From Isoptericola halotolerans (GTDB lineage: Bacteria > Actinomycetota > Actinomycetes > Actinomycetales > Cellulomonadaceae), in the NCBI RefSeq assembly GCF_013149785.1, contig NZ_JABEZU010000001.1:248001-312000 (forward strand): a stretch of DNA of 64,000 nt, in the 5' to 3' direction. Made by a program: the position numbers and the translations under genes. The notes beneath the pieces were generated by a model. It did not search any database. It was given only the letters and a program-made list of their open reading frames with translations, and was not told where the DNA came from. Shown in pieces: positions 49,815 through 59,274 of this stretch. Every line of letters starts with the position of its first letter. Positions within the stretch are counted from its first letter, which is position 1.

Positions 49815-50576
49815 ATGCGCTCTGCCCGTTCCACGACCACCCTCGCCCTGAGCTGTGCCCTCGTCCTCGGTCTCGCCGCCTGCGGGACGGGCGACGAGGC
49901 GGAGACCGTCGACACGTCGTCCGCCGAGACTGCCGAGGACGCCGACGCCGTGGCGGACGACGTCGAGGAGCCGACCGAGGACGAGGCCGAGGAGCCCGAG
50001 GACGCCGAGGAGGAGCCGGCCGACGACGCGGCCGGCGGCAGCGGGGCCGAGCCCGAGTGGGCCAACCCGCTGACCACCCCGGGCGAGGAGATCACCTCGT
50101 TCACCGTCGGCGACGTGCGCGTCGACGTCTACCAGGTGGGGGTCACGCAGGCGCCGAAGGACGGGCTCTTCGTCGACCCCGAGAAGAACGAGCCGATCAT
50201 CGCCGAGGGCGACGACATCGTCTTCGTCAACTACGTGATCACCAACGAGGGCGACACGGTCGACCTCGGCTCCAGCCTGGTGAACATCAGCGCCCGCTAC
50301 GAGGACTGGCCGTACATGCAGGGCATGGACACCATCACAGGCGCGGAGCTCTACGAGGAGCAGGAGGTCAACGACTCCGGGACGCACCAGACCGCCTACC
50401 GCGACCCGGCGGTGTACCCCTTCGAGTCGGGCCAGTCGTACTCGACCGGCATGAACTTCCACTACCAGCCCGGCACGGACGTGATCTTCGACGCGACGAT
50501 CGTCCCGGTGGACGAGAACGGTGACCTGCTGCACGACGACAAGGTCGAGGGCGAGGGCACCGGCACCATCTCCTGA
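49815..50576 (+). CDS. Acidic lipoprotein of unknown function
   Basis: Lipobox LAAC, E/D-rich linker, beta-rich C-terminal domain. Confidence 0.8.
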   Translation: MRSARSTTTLALSCALVLGLAACGTGDEAETVDTSSAETAEDADAVADDVEEPTEDEAEEPEDAEEEPADDAAGGSGAEPEWANPLTTPGEEITSFTVGDVRVDVYQVGVTQAPKDGLFVDPEKNEPIIAEGDDIVFVNYVITNEGDTVDLGSSLVNISARYEDWPYMQGMDTITGAELYEEQEVNDSGTHQTAYRDPAVYPFESGQSYSTGMNFHYQPGTDVIFDATIVPVDENGDLLHDDKVEGEGTGTIS

Positions 50577-50582
50577 CCTCAC

Positions 50583-50657
50583 CCGCGAGATCGACCTACC
50601 CGTCCCGAGATCGACCTACCGTCGGTCGATCTCGGGACGGGTAGGTCGATCTCGCGG
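50583..50657. repeat. 34-bp perfect inverted repeat with internal direct repeat (REP-like)
   Basis: CCGCGAGATCGACCTACCCGTCCCGAGATCGACC-taccgtc-exact reverse complement. CGAGATCGACCTACC recurs at a 20-bp period. Confidence 0.9.
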
Positions 50658-50772
50658 TGTGCATGCGCCGGTGTGCGTTTTTGTCCGGTCGATCGTCCTC
50701 GCCTCCACTGCCTGCCAGCATCGAGCGGCAGGACGCCGTCGCCCGACGGCACACGTGCGCAAGGAGGCACAC

Positions 50773-52062
50773 ATGGTGACGACAACCGGCCGGCGGACGA
50801 AGGCAACAGCAGCTCTCGCCGCGGGCGCGCTGGCGCTGACAGGCTGCGCGGGGAACAGCGACGGCGGCGATGAGGCCGACGGCGACACGACCCTCACGTT
50901 CGCGTGGTGGGGCGACGCGACCCGCGCGGACCGCTACGAGGCCGCGATCGACCTGTACGAGGAGCGGAACCCCGGGCTGACGATCCAGTCCTCCTACGCC
51001 GGGTGGGGCGACTACTGGACCGCGCGGAACACCGAGGCTGCCGGCGGCGCACTGCCGGACGTCTTCCAGATGGACGTGGCCTACCTGCGCCAGTACGGGG
51101 CCACCGGTCAGATCCAGCCGCTCGACCAGTACGTCGGCGAGCAGATCGACATCTCGTCGTTCCCCGAGTCGGTGATGCCGGGGACGAAGATCGACGACCA
51201 GGTCTACGGGATACCGACGCAGACGACGGTGCTCGCGACCTTCTTCAACACCGCGCTGATGGATCAGGTGGGCGTCGACCTGCCGTCCGGCGACCTCACC
51301 TGGGACGAGTACGACGCGCTCCTCGGCGAGATCGGTGCGGCTGACGCGGACACGGACCCGCCCGTCGACGGTTCCGTTCAGTACACGCAGATCTGGTCGG
51401 TCTTCGAGATCTGGCTCCTGCAGCAGGGCAGGTCCCTGTTCGCCGAGGACGGTGGGTTCGGCTTCACCGAGTCCGAGCTGGCCGAGTGGTGGGGCCGGGC
51501 GACGCCGCTGTTCGAGAGCGGCGGGTTCATGGATCCCGGCCGGGGCGAGCAGATCGAGAGCGACCCGCTCAGCGCGCAGTACACCGCGAGCGAGATCAGC
51601 TTCTACAACTTCCTGGTGCGGTTCACCGAGGGCACGGGCGGCGACGACTTCACCATGCTGGAGGTGCCTGCCGACGACCCCACGAGCCGTGGTGTCTACC
51701 TGAAGCCGGGACTGCAGCTGTCGATGTCGGCTCAGACCGACCACCCGGAGGTCGCGGCCGACTTCATCGACTTCCTCACCAACGATCCCGCCGTCGAGGA
51801 GATCTTCGCGATGTCCCGCGGGGTCCCGATCTCCGCGACCGCCCGCGAGGGCAACCAGCCCGAAGGGCTCGACCAGGAGATCCAGGACTACTGGGAGGCG
51901 GTCGAGGCGACGGCGATCGACGCACCGGCGCCGCCTCCCGAGGGGGCAGGGGCCGTCGAGGCCGAGTTCACCCGGATCGCGCAGGACATCGGCTTCGGTG
52001 CCCTGTCGGTCGAGGAAGGCGTCGAGCAGTTCTTCCTCGCGGGCGCGGACCTGCTCGGTTAG
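50773..52062 (+). CDS. Oligosaccharide ABC substrate-binding lipoprotein
   Basis: Lipobox LTGC; FAWWG, LPDVFQMD and RGVP motifs. Confidence 0.88.
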   Translation: MVTTTGRRTKATAALAAGALALTGCAGNSDGGDEADGDTTLTFAWWGDATRADRYEAAIDLYEERNPGLTIQSSYAGWGDYWTARNTEAAGGALPDVFQMDVAYLRQYGATGQIQPLDQYVGEQIDISSFPESVMPGTKIDDQVYGIPTQTTVLATFFNTALMDQVGVDLPSGDLTWDEYDALLGEIGAADADTDPPVDGSVQYTQIWSVFEIWLLQQGRSLFAEDGGFGFTESELAEWWGRATPLFESGGFMDPGRGEQIESDPLSAQYTASEISFYNFLVRFTEGTGGDDFTMLEVPADDPTSRGVYLKPGLQLSMSAQTDHPEVAADFIDFLTNDPAVEEIFAMSRGVPISATAREGNQPEGLDQEIQDYWEAVEATAIDAPAPPPEGAGAVEAEFTRIAQDIGFGALSVEEGVEQFFLAGADLLG

Positions 52063-52144
52063 ACCTGCGCGAGCAGACGTGTGGCCGCCGGCACGGGCCC
52101 TGATCCCGCGTCGGCGGCCACCTCTCGTGTCGGGGTCGAACCAG

Positions 52145-53212
52145 TCAGTCCCTGATCGCCCCGCACGACTCGCGGACGGTGAGCCGCGGGAGCAGCTCGA
52201 CATGGCGGGGAGGTCGCCGGTCGCCCTCGTCCTCGGTGAGCCGGTCGACGACCAGCCGCAACGCTTCCCTGCCCAGCTCACGGCGGGGCGGGGTGACCGT
52301 GGTCAGGGGCACCATGGCGAGCTCGGCGTTCTCGTCGTCGTAGGCGACGACAGCGAAGTCGTCGGGCACCGTCATGCCGCGGTCGAGCGCAGCCTCCAGC
52401 AGGCGCGCGGCGTGGTCGTCGGTGTGGACGAACGCGGCGCGAGTCCCGGTGGCGAGGCACTCGTCGAGGAAGGTGTCCAGCTCGGAGCGCAGCAGCGCGG
52501 GGTCGTCGTCGCCCTTGGACAGCGAGACGTCGGGTGCCGGCGACAGGCCGAGGCGCTCGACGGCGGTCATGAACCCCTGTCGCACGTGGCGTGCGGTGGG
52601 CGTGCGGTCGTAGACGGCGGCGGCCACCTGCCGGTGTCCCAGCGCATGCAGGTGCTCGACGGCCACGACCGCGCCGTGGGCGTGGTCGGTCCGCACCAGG
52701 TCGAGCTCGCTGAGGCTGGTGGTCCCGTCGATCCGCCGTTCGACGAGCACGACCGGCACGGGGATCGACCGCAGCCAGCCGGCCAGCTCCTCGGACGTCC
52801 GCCCGCTGGTGGTCGGGGCGATGGCCAGCGCCGTGGCGCCGAGGGACAGGAGACGCTCGACCTGGGCGGCCTCGACGTCGGGCCGGTAGTGCGAGACGCC
52901 GAGCACGAGGCGCACGCGCAGCGCGGGCGCGAGGGCTTCCATGCCGCGGACGACGTCGGGGAAGTGGGCGGAGGTGCTCGGCACGACCAGACCGACGAGT
53001 GCCCGCGCGGCCTGTGGTCCCCGGGTGGCGCTGAGCGCGATCGCGCCCCCGTGGACCCGGGCCAGGCTGCCCGTGCGGTCGAGCTCGATGATGTCGCGTC
53101 GCACGGTCACCTCGGAGACCCCCAGGTGCGCCGCGGCGTCGGCCGAGCGCACGCTGCCGCGCAGCGCGACCTCCCGCAGCAGGTACTCGTGCCGTGCACG
53201 GGGCAGATGCAT
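52145..53212 (-). CDS. Hybrid regulator: DeoR-type HTH + LacI-type effector domain
   Basis: LGVSEVTVRRD...RVHGGA followed by GHRQVA, VVAYDD and PLTTV. Confidence 0.88.
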   Translation of the reverse strand: MHLPRARHEYLLREVALRGSVRSADAAAHLGVSEVTVRRDIIELDRTGSLARVHGGAIALSATRGPQAARALVGLVVPSTSAHFPDVVRGMEALAPALRVRLVLGVSHYRPDVEAAQVERLLSLGATALAIAPTTSGRTSEELAGWLRSIPVPVVLVERRIDGTTSLSELDLVRTDHAHGAVVAVEHLHALGHRQVAAAVYDRTPTARHVRQGFMTAVERLGLSPAPDVSLSKGDDDPALLRSELDTFLDECLATGTRAAFVHTDDHAARLLEAALDRGMTVPDDFAVVAYDDENAELAMVPLTTVTPPRRELGREALRLVVDRLTEDEGDRRPPRHVELLPRLTVRESCGAIRD

Positions 53213-53300
53213 CGGATCACACTAACGCCGACGGGTCACGTGCTGATCGAAAATGTCCGAGCGGGCGTCACCGGACCGACCTGCGACGCAGGATCGCGAG

Positions 53301-55346
53301 GTGACGGATACGACGACGACTGGGCTCCCTGCGGCGCTGGGCCCGACCCGGCGGTGGACCCGGGAGCACTGGGTGGCGACGGCCGACGGCCTGCTCACCG
53401 CCACCGAGCCGTACGTCTCACCCGGCCGTTCCCTGGTCCGGCTGCCCGGACCGACCAGTGCCTCAGGGGCCTGGAGCGACGGCCTCGAGGGGTTCGCGCG
53501 CACGTTCCTGCTCGCTGCGTTCCGGGTTCGCGGTGAGCGTGGCGCCGACCCGGCCGGGCTGCTGGGACGCTACGCCGAGGGTCTGCGGCACGGCACCGAT
53601 CCCGCAGGAGCCGAGAGATGGCCCCGGATCGACGAGAGGCGGCAGGCCGTCGTCGAGGCGGCCTCCGTGGCGATCGGACTGTCCGAGACCCGGCCGTGGC
53701 TGTGGGACCGTCTCGACGACGCCGTCCGTGGTCGCGTCGTCGACTGGTTGGCGGGCATCGTGGGCACGAGCGGCTATCGCAACAACTGGGTCTGGTTCCA
53801 GAACGTGGTCGAGGCGTTCCTCGCCTCGGTCGGGGGGCCGTGGGACCAGGCCGACCTCGACCGCAACGAGGAGATCGCCGAGTCCCTCTACGTGGGGGAC
53901 GGGTGGTACTCCGACGGCCGGGGTCGCGACGGGCGCCGGCAGTCGTTCGACTACTACGCCGGTTGGGCCTGGCACCTGTACCCGCTGCTGCACGCCCGGA
54001 TCGGCGGGCACACCCTGGGCCAGCGGCACTCCGAGCGCCTGTCGGCCTACCTGGAGCAGGCGCAGCACCTCGTCGGCCCGACCGGCGCGCCCGTGCTGCA
54101 CGGCCGGTCGGTCACGTACCGGTTCGCGATGCTGGCTCCCTTCTGGGCAGGGGCGCTCGCGGGCGCCACCCCGCTGACGCCCGGGGCGACGCGGGCGATC
54201 ACCTCGGCGGTCGCCGAGCACTTCGTCGCGGCGGGGTCGATCGACGAGCGCGGCCTCCTGCCGACGGGCTGGCACCACCGGTACGACGGCGTCCGTCAGC
54301 TGTACAGCGGCGGCTCGTCGCCGTACTGGGCGGCCAAGGGATTCCTCGGTCTGCTCCTCGACCCGACCGACCCGGTGTGGGCGGCGGAACCGGAGGTGCC
54401 GCCGTCGTGGCTCGAGGACCGGGTGACCTCGCTGGCGGTGCCGGGCTGGCTGGTCTCGGCCACCCCGGGCGACGGCATCGTCCGGGTCCTCAACCACGGG
54501 GCGGACCGGTCGGTCGAGCCCGCCGTGCAGCAACGTGCCGACGACCCGTTCTACCGTCGCCTCGGCTATTCGAACGTCACGTCGCCGCAGCTGACGGCCG
54601 ACTCCGTCGCGGCCCCGGTCGAGTCGCACGCCGCGCTGCTGGACGCCTCCGGGGCGCCGTCGCACCGCGACGGGATCGACCGGGTGCGCCTGGAGTGCGG
54701 CACGGCGGTGTCCCGGTCACGCGTCCACTGGCTCGACCTGCCGGGCAGCGGGGCACCGGGCGACGCCGCGGTGTGGTCGTCGCTGCGGCGCGGACCGGTC
54801 CTGACGACGGCGACCGTCGTGCGCGGACGCTTCGAGGTGCGCCTCGCGTGGTGGGTCCCGGCCCCGGAAGTCGACGGCGGCCCGCCGCCCGCGTCGCCCG
54901 TCTCGGCGGCCGCCCTGGACGCGGACGCGGCATGGCCGGCCGACCCCGGGCCCTGGCGCCTGCACCTCGGCGGCTGGCCCCTCGCGGCGGGGCGCGAACG
55001 CGAGCTCCACGTCGAGACCGACCCGGACTGGGTGCGCATCGTCCGCCGGGACGGCACCTCCTCGATGGTGCGCGGGCTTCTGGGCCTCGATCTGCCCGGG
55101 ACGACGCGTCGTACCGGGGCTGACCCCTTCGGCGAGCTCTCTGCGACGCCCTGGGTGCGCGGCCGGGACGCCGCAGCGTCTGGCGAGGTCGCGGCGGCTC
55201 TCGTGGTGCTCAGCGGTCGTGGCGTCGCCTGGGTGCGCGACGTGGAGGCGGTGACCGAGGTCCGCCAGGACCAGGGCGAGGTCCACGTGGTCTGGCGTGA
55301 CGGCCGGGTCGACTCCCTGCCCGTGACCGAGGGGGTGGACGGATGA
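53301..55346 (+). CDS. DUF2264 family protein
   Basis: DGLEGFAR, VEAA, NNWVWF, GDGWYSDG, FDYY, GRS.TYRFA and YS..SSPYW motifs. Start could be 53253. Confidence 0.8.
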   Translation: MTDTTTTGLPAALGPTRRWTREHWVATADGLLTATEPYVSPGRSLVRLPGPTSASGAWSDGLEGFARTFLLAAFRVRGERGADPAGLLGRYAEGLRHGTDPAGAERWPRIDERRQAVVEAASVAIGLSETRPWLWDRLDDAVRGRVVDWLAGIVGTSGYRNNWVWFQNVVEAFLASVGGPWDQADLDRNEEIAESLYVGDGWYSDGRGRDGRRQSFDYYAGWAWHLYPLLHARIGGHTLGQRHSERLSAYLEQAQHLVGPTGAPVLHGRSVTYRFAMLAPFWAGALAGATPLTPGATRAITSAVAEHFVAAGSIDERGLLPTGWHHRYDGVRQLYSGGSSPYWAAKGFLGLLLDPTDPVWAAEPEVPPSWLEDRVTSLAVPGWLVSATPGDGIVRVLNHGADRSVEPAVQQRADDPFYRRLGYSNVTSPQLTADSVAAPVESHAALLDASGAPSHRDGIDRVRLECGTAVSRSRVHWLDLPGSGAPGDAAVWSSLRRGPVLTTATVVRGRFEVRLAWWVPAPEVDGGPPPASPVSAAALDADAAWPADPGPWRLHLGGWPLAAGRERELHVETDPDWVRIVRRDGTSSMVRGLLGLDLPGTTRRTGADPFGELSATPWVRGRDAAASGEVAAALVVLSGRGVAWVRDVEAVTEVRQDQGEVHVVWRDGRVDSLPVTEGVDG

Positions 55347-56344
55347 GGCGCCTGCACGCGGCCTTCGCCCTGCGCGACCAGCAGCTCCTGTCCGAGCTCT
55401 TCGACAACGGCGCTCGCGCTCGCCTCTCCGCCGTCGCGGACGTCGCCGGTGACGTGGTGACCACTGCGGACGGTCGGGGCGCCGATCACGTGCTGCGCGA
55501 CGTCGAGGTGCTCGTGACCGGCTGGGGGCCGCCACGGCTCGACGACGCCTTCCTCGCCCGGACGCCGCGGCTCCGAGCCGTGGTGCACACCGCCGGCACG
55601 GTCAAGTCGTTCGTCACCGACGCGATCTGGGAGCGCGGGATCGAGGTCTCCAGCGCCGCGTGGGCGAACGCCAGACCCGTCGCGGAGTACACGCTCGCGA
55701 TGATCCTGCTGGCGGGCAAGCGGGTGCTGGAGTCGGCCGCGGACTACGGCAGGACCCGTTCGCTCACCGGCCGGCACCTGCCGCCGCACGGGAACCACGG
55801 CCTCGTCGTCGGCATAGTCGGCGCCTCACGGACCGGGCGCCAGGTCATGGAGCTGCTCGCGCCCTTCGACATCGACGTCCTGCTCCACGACCCGTTCGTG
55901 GACGCGGCCGGGGCGCAGGGGCTCGGCGCCACGGCCGTCGGGCTCGACGAGCTCCTGCGCCGATCGGAGGTCGTCTCGCTGCACGCGCCGTCCCTGTCCG
56001 AGACCTACCGCATGGTGGGGGCGCGCGAGCTGGCGCTCATGCGGGATCACAGCACGCTGCTCAACACCGCGCGAGGGCAGCTCGTCGACACGGAGGCCCT
56101 CACCACAGAGGTGCTCGCCGGCAGGCTGCGCGCGATCCTCGACGTCACCGACCCCGAACCCCTGCCCGCGGACCATCCGTTGCACGGCGCCCCGGGGGTG
56201 CTGCTGACGCCGCACGTCGCCGGGTCCTCGGGCAACGAGCTGCGCCGGCTGGGGGCCAGCGCCGTGGCGGAGATCGAGCGGCTCGCCGCGGGGCTGGAGC
56301 TCGCCCATCCCGTCCGGCGCGAGCACCTCGCCCGGACGGCCTGA
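55343..56344 (+). CDS. D-2-hydroxyacid dehydrogenase
   Basis: GASRTG, SLHAP, NTARG, LDVTDPEP and TPHVAG motifs. Confidence 0.9.
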   Translation: MRRLHAAFALRDQQLLSELFDNGARARLSAVADVAGDVVTTADGRGADHVLRDVEVLVTGWGPPRLDDAFLARTPRLRAVVHTAGTVKSFVTDAIWERGIEVSSAAWANARPVAEYTLAMILLAGKRVLESAADYGRTRSLTGRHLPPHGNHGLVVGIVGASRTGRQVMELLAPFDIDVLLHDPFVDAAGAQGLGATAVGLDELLRRSEVVSLHAPSLSETYRMVGARELALMRDHSTLLNTARGQLVDTEALTTEVLAGRLRAILDVTDPEPLPADHPLHGAPGVLLTPHVAGSSGNELRRLGASAVAEIERLAAGLELAHPVRREHLARTA

Positions 56345-56473
56345 GCCGGCCCGGACCGCGGGCGCCCGGCGAGCGTCCGATTTTGATCGTTTGCCCCGCG
56401 CGCGGAGCCGGTCGACCCACGATGAGGGCGTCCAACGCCGGACAGACGTCCCCGTCACGAAGGAGTGACCACC

Positions 56474-59200
56474 GTGGTCAATGTCAGTCGTCGTACCGTC
56501 CTCACGTCGGCCCTGGCGGCCGGCGCGGGAGCGGTCCTCGCACCTCACGTGGCATCCGCGGCGCCCGCCGCCGCTGCCACCGCGCTCACCCTGACCGGGC
56601 ACGACCCGGTCGACCTGCGCTGGCTCGAGGGCGGGACGCCCGGAGCGCTCGCCGCGGGCGCCACGTGGGGCGTGCCGTGGGCACGCGGTGCCCTCGCCCC
56701 CGACCAGTCGTTCGCGCTCACCACCGCCTCCGGCGAGCCCGCCCCCGTGCAGTCCTGGCCCACGGGCTGGTGGCCGGACGGCTCGGTGAAGTGGACGGCC
56801 CACGCCGTCAGCGAGGCAGCCCCGCGCGCGGAGACCTACCGGTTGGCGCCGGGCCGCCCGGCGTCCCCCGCGACCGCCGTCACGGTGCGGGAGCGCGGCA
56901 ACCAGGTGGTGGTGGACACCGGCGCGATCCAGGTCACGTTCGCGCGCAACGGCAAGAAGATCGTCAAGTCCATCCGTCGCGGGGACGACGTCGTGGCCGC
57001 GGCCGGCCGGCTCGTCGTGTCCCGGCAGGACAAGGCCGACACCGACGACCCGCAGAACCTGCGGTACGAGTCGTTCGACGGCACGGTCGAGGACGTCACC
57101 GTGGAGCAGTCCGGGCCCGTGCGGGCCGTGATCAAGGTCGAGGGCAAGCACGCCAAGGGCGCCCGCGAGTGGCTGCCGTTCGTGCTGCGCTTCTCCCTGT
57201 ACGCCGGGTCGGACGGCGTCCGGCTCGTGCACACGTTCATGTTCGACGGCGACGAGGACAAGGACTTCATCCGGGCCATCGGCGTGAAGTTCTCCGTGCC
57301 GATGCGGGGCGAGCTCTACGACCGCCACGTGCGTCTCGCCGGCGCGGACGGCGGGGTGCTCGCCGAAGCCGTCAAGGGCATCACCGGTCTGCGCAGGGAC
57401 CCGGGCCAGGCCGTCCGCACCGCCCAGGTCGAGGGTCGGGCGCTGCCGGACCCGGCCACCTGGGACACCCGGGTGACGGACCGGCTGCACTGGATCCCCG
57501 ACTGGGGCGACTACAGCCTGAGCCAGCTCACGGCGCACGGGTTCGAGATCCGCAAGCGCACCGGCACGGGGCACTCGTGGATCCGTGTCGACGCCGGGGA
57601 GCGGGCGGCCGGCCTGGCCTACGTCGGCACGCCGTCCGGCGGGCTCGCCTTCGGCATGCGCAACTTCTGGCAGCTGCACCCCACCGAGCTCGAGATCTCC
57701 GGTGCGGCGGGCGACGAGGCGGAGGCGACCGTGTGGATGTGGTCGCCGCGTGCCGAGGCCATGGACGTGCGGTTCTACCACGACGGCATGGGGCAGGACA
57801 CGTATGCCGAACAGCTCGACGCGCTCGAGGTCACCTACGAGGACTACGAGCCCGGGTTCGGCACCCCGTACGGCGTGGCCCGGACCACCGAGCTCATGTT
57901 CTGGGCGCTCGACGCGACACCCACCGCGCAGCGCTTCGCCGAGCTGGCCGAGGCCAACAGCGCCCCGCCGCTGCTGATGTCCGGCCCGGAGCACATGAGC
58001 TCCGCCGGAGTCTTCGGCTCCTGGTCCCCGGTCGACAGGTCGACGCCGGCGAAGGCGCAGCTCGAGGACAGGCTGGACGCGATCCACGGATACCACGTGG
58101 CGCAGCAGGAGCAGCGGTCCTGGTACGGCTTCTGGGACTACGGCGACGTCATGCACTCCTACGACGGTGACCGGCACCAGTGGCGGTACGACGTCGGCGG
58201 GTACGCGTGGGACAACTCCGAGCTGTCCACGGACATGTGGCTCTGGTACCACTTCTTGCGCACGGGCGACGCGACGGCCTTCCGGTTCGCCGAGGCGATG
58301 ACCCGGCACACCGGGGAGGTGGACGTGTACCACCTCGGACGCTGGAAGGGGCTGGGGACGCGGCACAACGTCCTGCACTGGGGCGACAGCGCCAAGCAGG
58401 TGCGCATCAGCAACGCGAACTACCGCCGGTTCTACTACTTCCTCACCGCCGACGAGCGGGTGGGCGACCTGCTGCACGAGCTCGTCGACTCCGACCGCAC
58501 CTACCTGGTGCTCAACGCCACCCGGAAGATCGACGGCTCGACGGGCGAGTACGACCCGGACCCGTCAGCGCTGCCGTTCGGCAAGACGACGGACTGGGGT
58601 GCGGTCGCCGGTGCCTGGCTCACCGAGTGGGAACGGGGCGGCGACCCGAAGGCACGGGAGCGGCTGCTCGCCTCCGCGCGATCGATCGCCGCGCTGCCCA
58701 ACGGCTGGGCGCAGGGCGAGACCACCTACGACCTCGAGACGGCGGAGTTCAGCTCGGGGGCAGAACCGTCGGTCTCCGTCGGGTCCCTCGGTGGTGTCTT
58801 CGGACTCATCGAGGTCATGACCGAGCTCCTCGACCTGGTCGAGGAGCCCGAGGTCGAGGCCAGGTGGGTGGAGTTCTGCCGTCTCTACAACGCCACCCGG
58901 GACGAGCAGGCCGAGGTCACGGGTGAGCACTGGGGCAACCTGAACCTCCGGCAGTCGTACTCCCGCGCCACCGCGTACGCCGCGGTCCGGCTCGAGGACC
59001 ACGCGCTGGCAGCGCGGGCGTGGCAGGAGCTGCGCACCGGACACGCGGGCTACCCGGACGACCACGACTGGGGCACCCGACGTATCGAGCCGCCCGCTGT
59101 GCTGCGCCCGGTGGACGAGGCGAGCTTCTCGACCAACGCCAGCGCGATGTACGGCCTGGCCACGATCCAGTGCCTGGCGCTCGTGGGTGACCGGCTCTGA
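56474..59200 (+). CDS. Tat-exported YetA/PL26-like exo-rhamnogalacturonan lyase family protein
   Basis: SRRTVL Tat signal; TWGVPW, WPDGSVKWT, WYGFWDYGD, GGYAWDNSE and HWGDSAK motifs. Confidence 0.8.
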   Translation: MVNVSRRTVLTSALAAGAGAVLAPHVASAAPAAAATALTLTGHDPVDLRWLEGGTPGALAAGATWGVPWARGALAPDQSFALTTASGEPAPVQSWPTGWWPDGSVKWTAHAVSEAAPRAETYRLAPGRPASPATAVTVRERGNQVVVDTGAIQVTFARNGKKIVKSIRRGDDVVAAAGRLVVSRQDKADTDDPQNLRYESFDGTVEDVTVEQSGPVRAVIKVEGKHAKGAREWLPFVLRFSLYAGSDGVRLVHTFMFDGDEDKDFIRAIGVKFSVPMRGELYDRHVRLAGADGGVLAEAVKGITGLRRDPGQAVRTAQVEGRALPDPATWDTRVTDRLHWIPDWGDYSLSQLTAHGFEIRKRTGTGHSWIRVDAGERAAGLAYVGTPSGGLAFGMRNFWQLHPTELEISGAAGDEAEATVWMWSPRAEAMDVRFYHDGMGQDTYAEQLDALEVTYEDYEPGFGTPYGVARTTELMFWALDATPTAQRFAELAEANSAPPLLMSGPEHMSSAGVFGSWSPVDRSTPAKAQLEDRLDAIHGYHVAQQEQRSWYGFWDYGDVMHSYDGDRHQWRYDVGGYAWDNSELSTDMWLWYHFLRTGDATAFRFAEAMTRHTGEVDVYHLGRWKGLGTRHNVLHWGDSAKQVRISNANYRRFYYFLTADERVGDLLHELVDSDRTYLVLNATRKIDGSTGEYDPDPSALPFGKTTDWGAVAGAWLTEWERGGDPKARERLLASARSIAALPNGWAQGETTYDLETAEFSSGAEPSVSVGSLGGVFGLIEVMTELLDLVEEPEVEARWVEFCRLYNATRDEQAEVTGEHWGNLNLRQSYSRATAYAAVRLEDHALAARAWQELRTGHAGYPDDHDWGTRRIEPPAVLRPVDEASFSTNASAMYGLATIQCLALVGDRL

Positions 59201-59274
59201 GCCGCACGGCCGGGGCGGACGACGTCACACCGGCGGCGTTCGGTCCGGCGGGTGCCCGCCTCTAGGCTGGAGCG

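Noticed and set aside
50583..50657. Repeats considered as a CRISPR array
   Set aside because: It is an inverted structure without unique spacers, and there are no cas genes.
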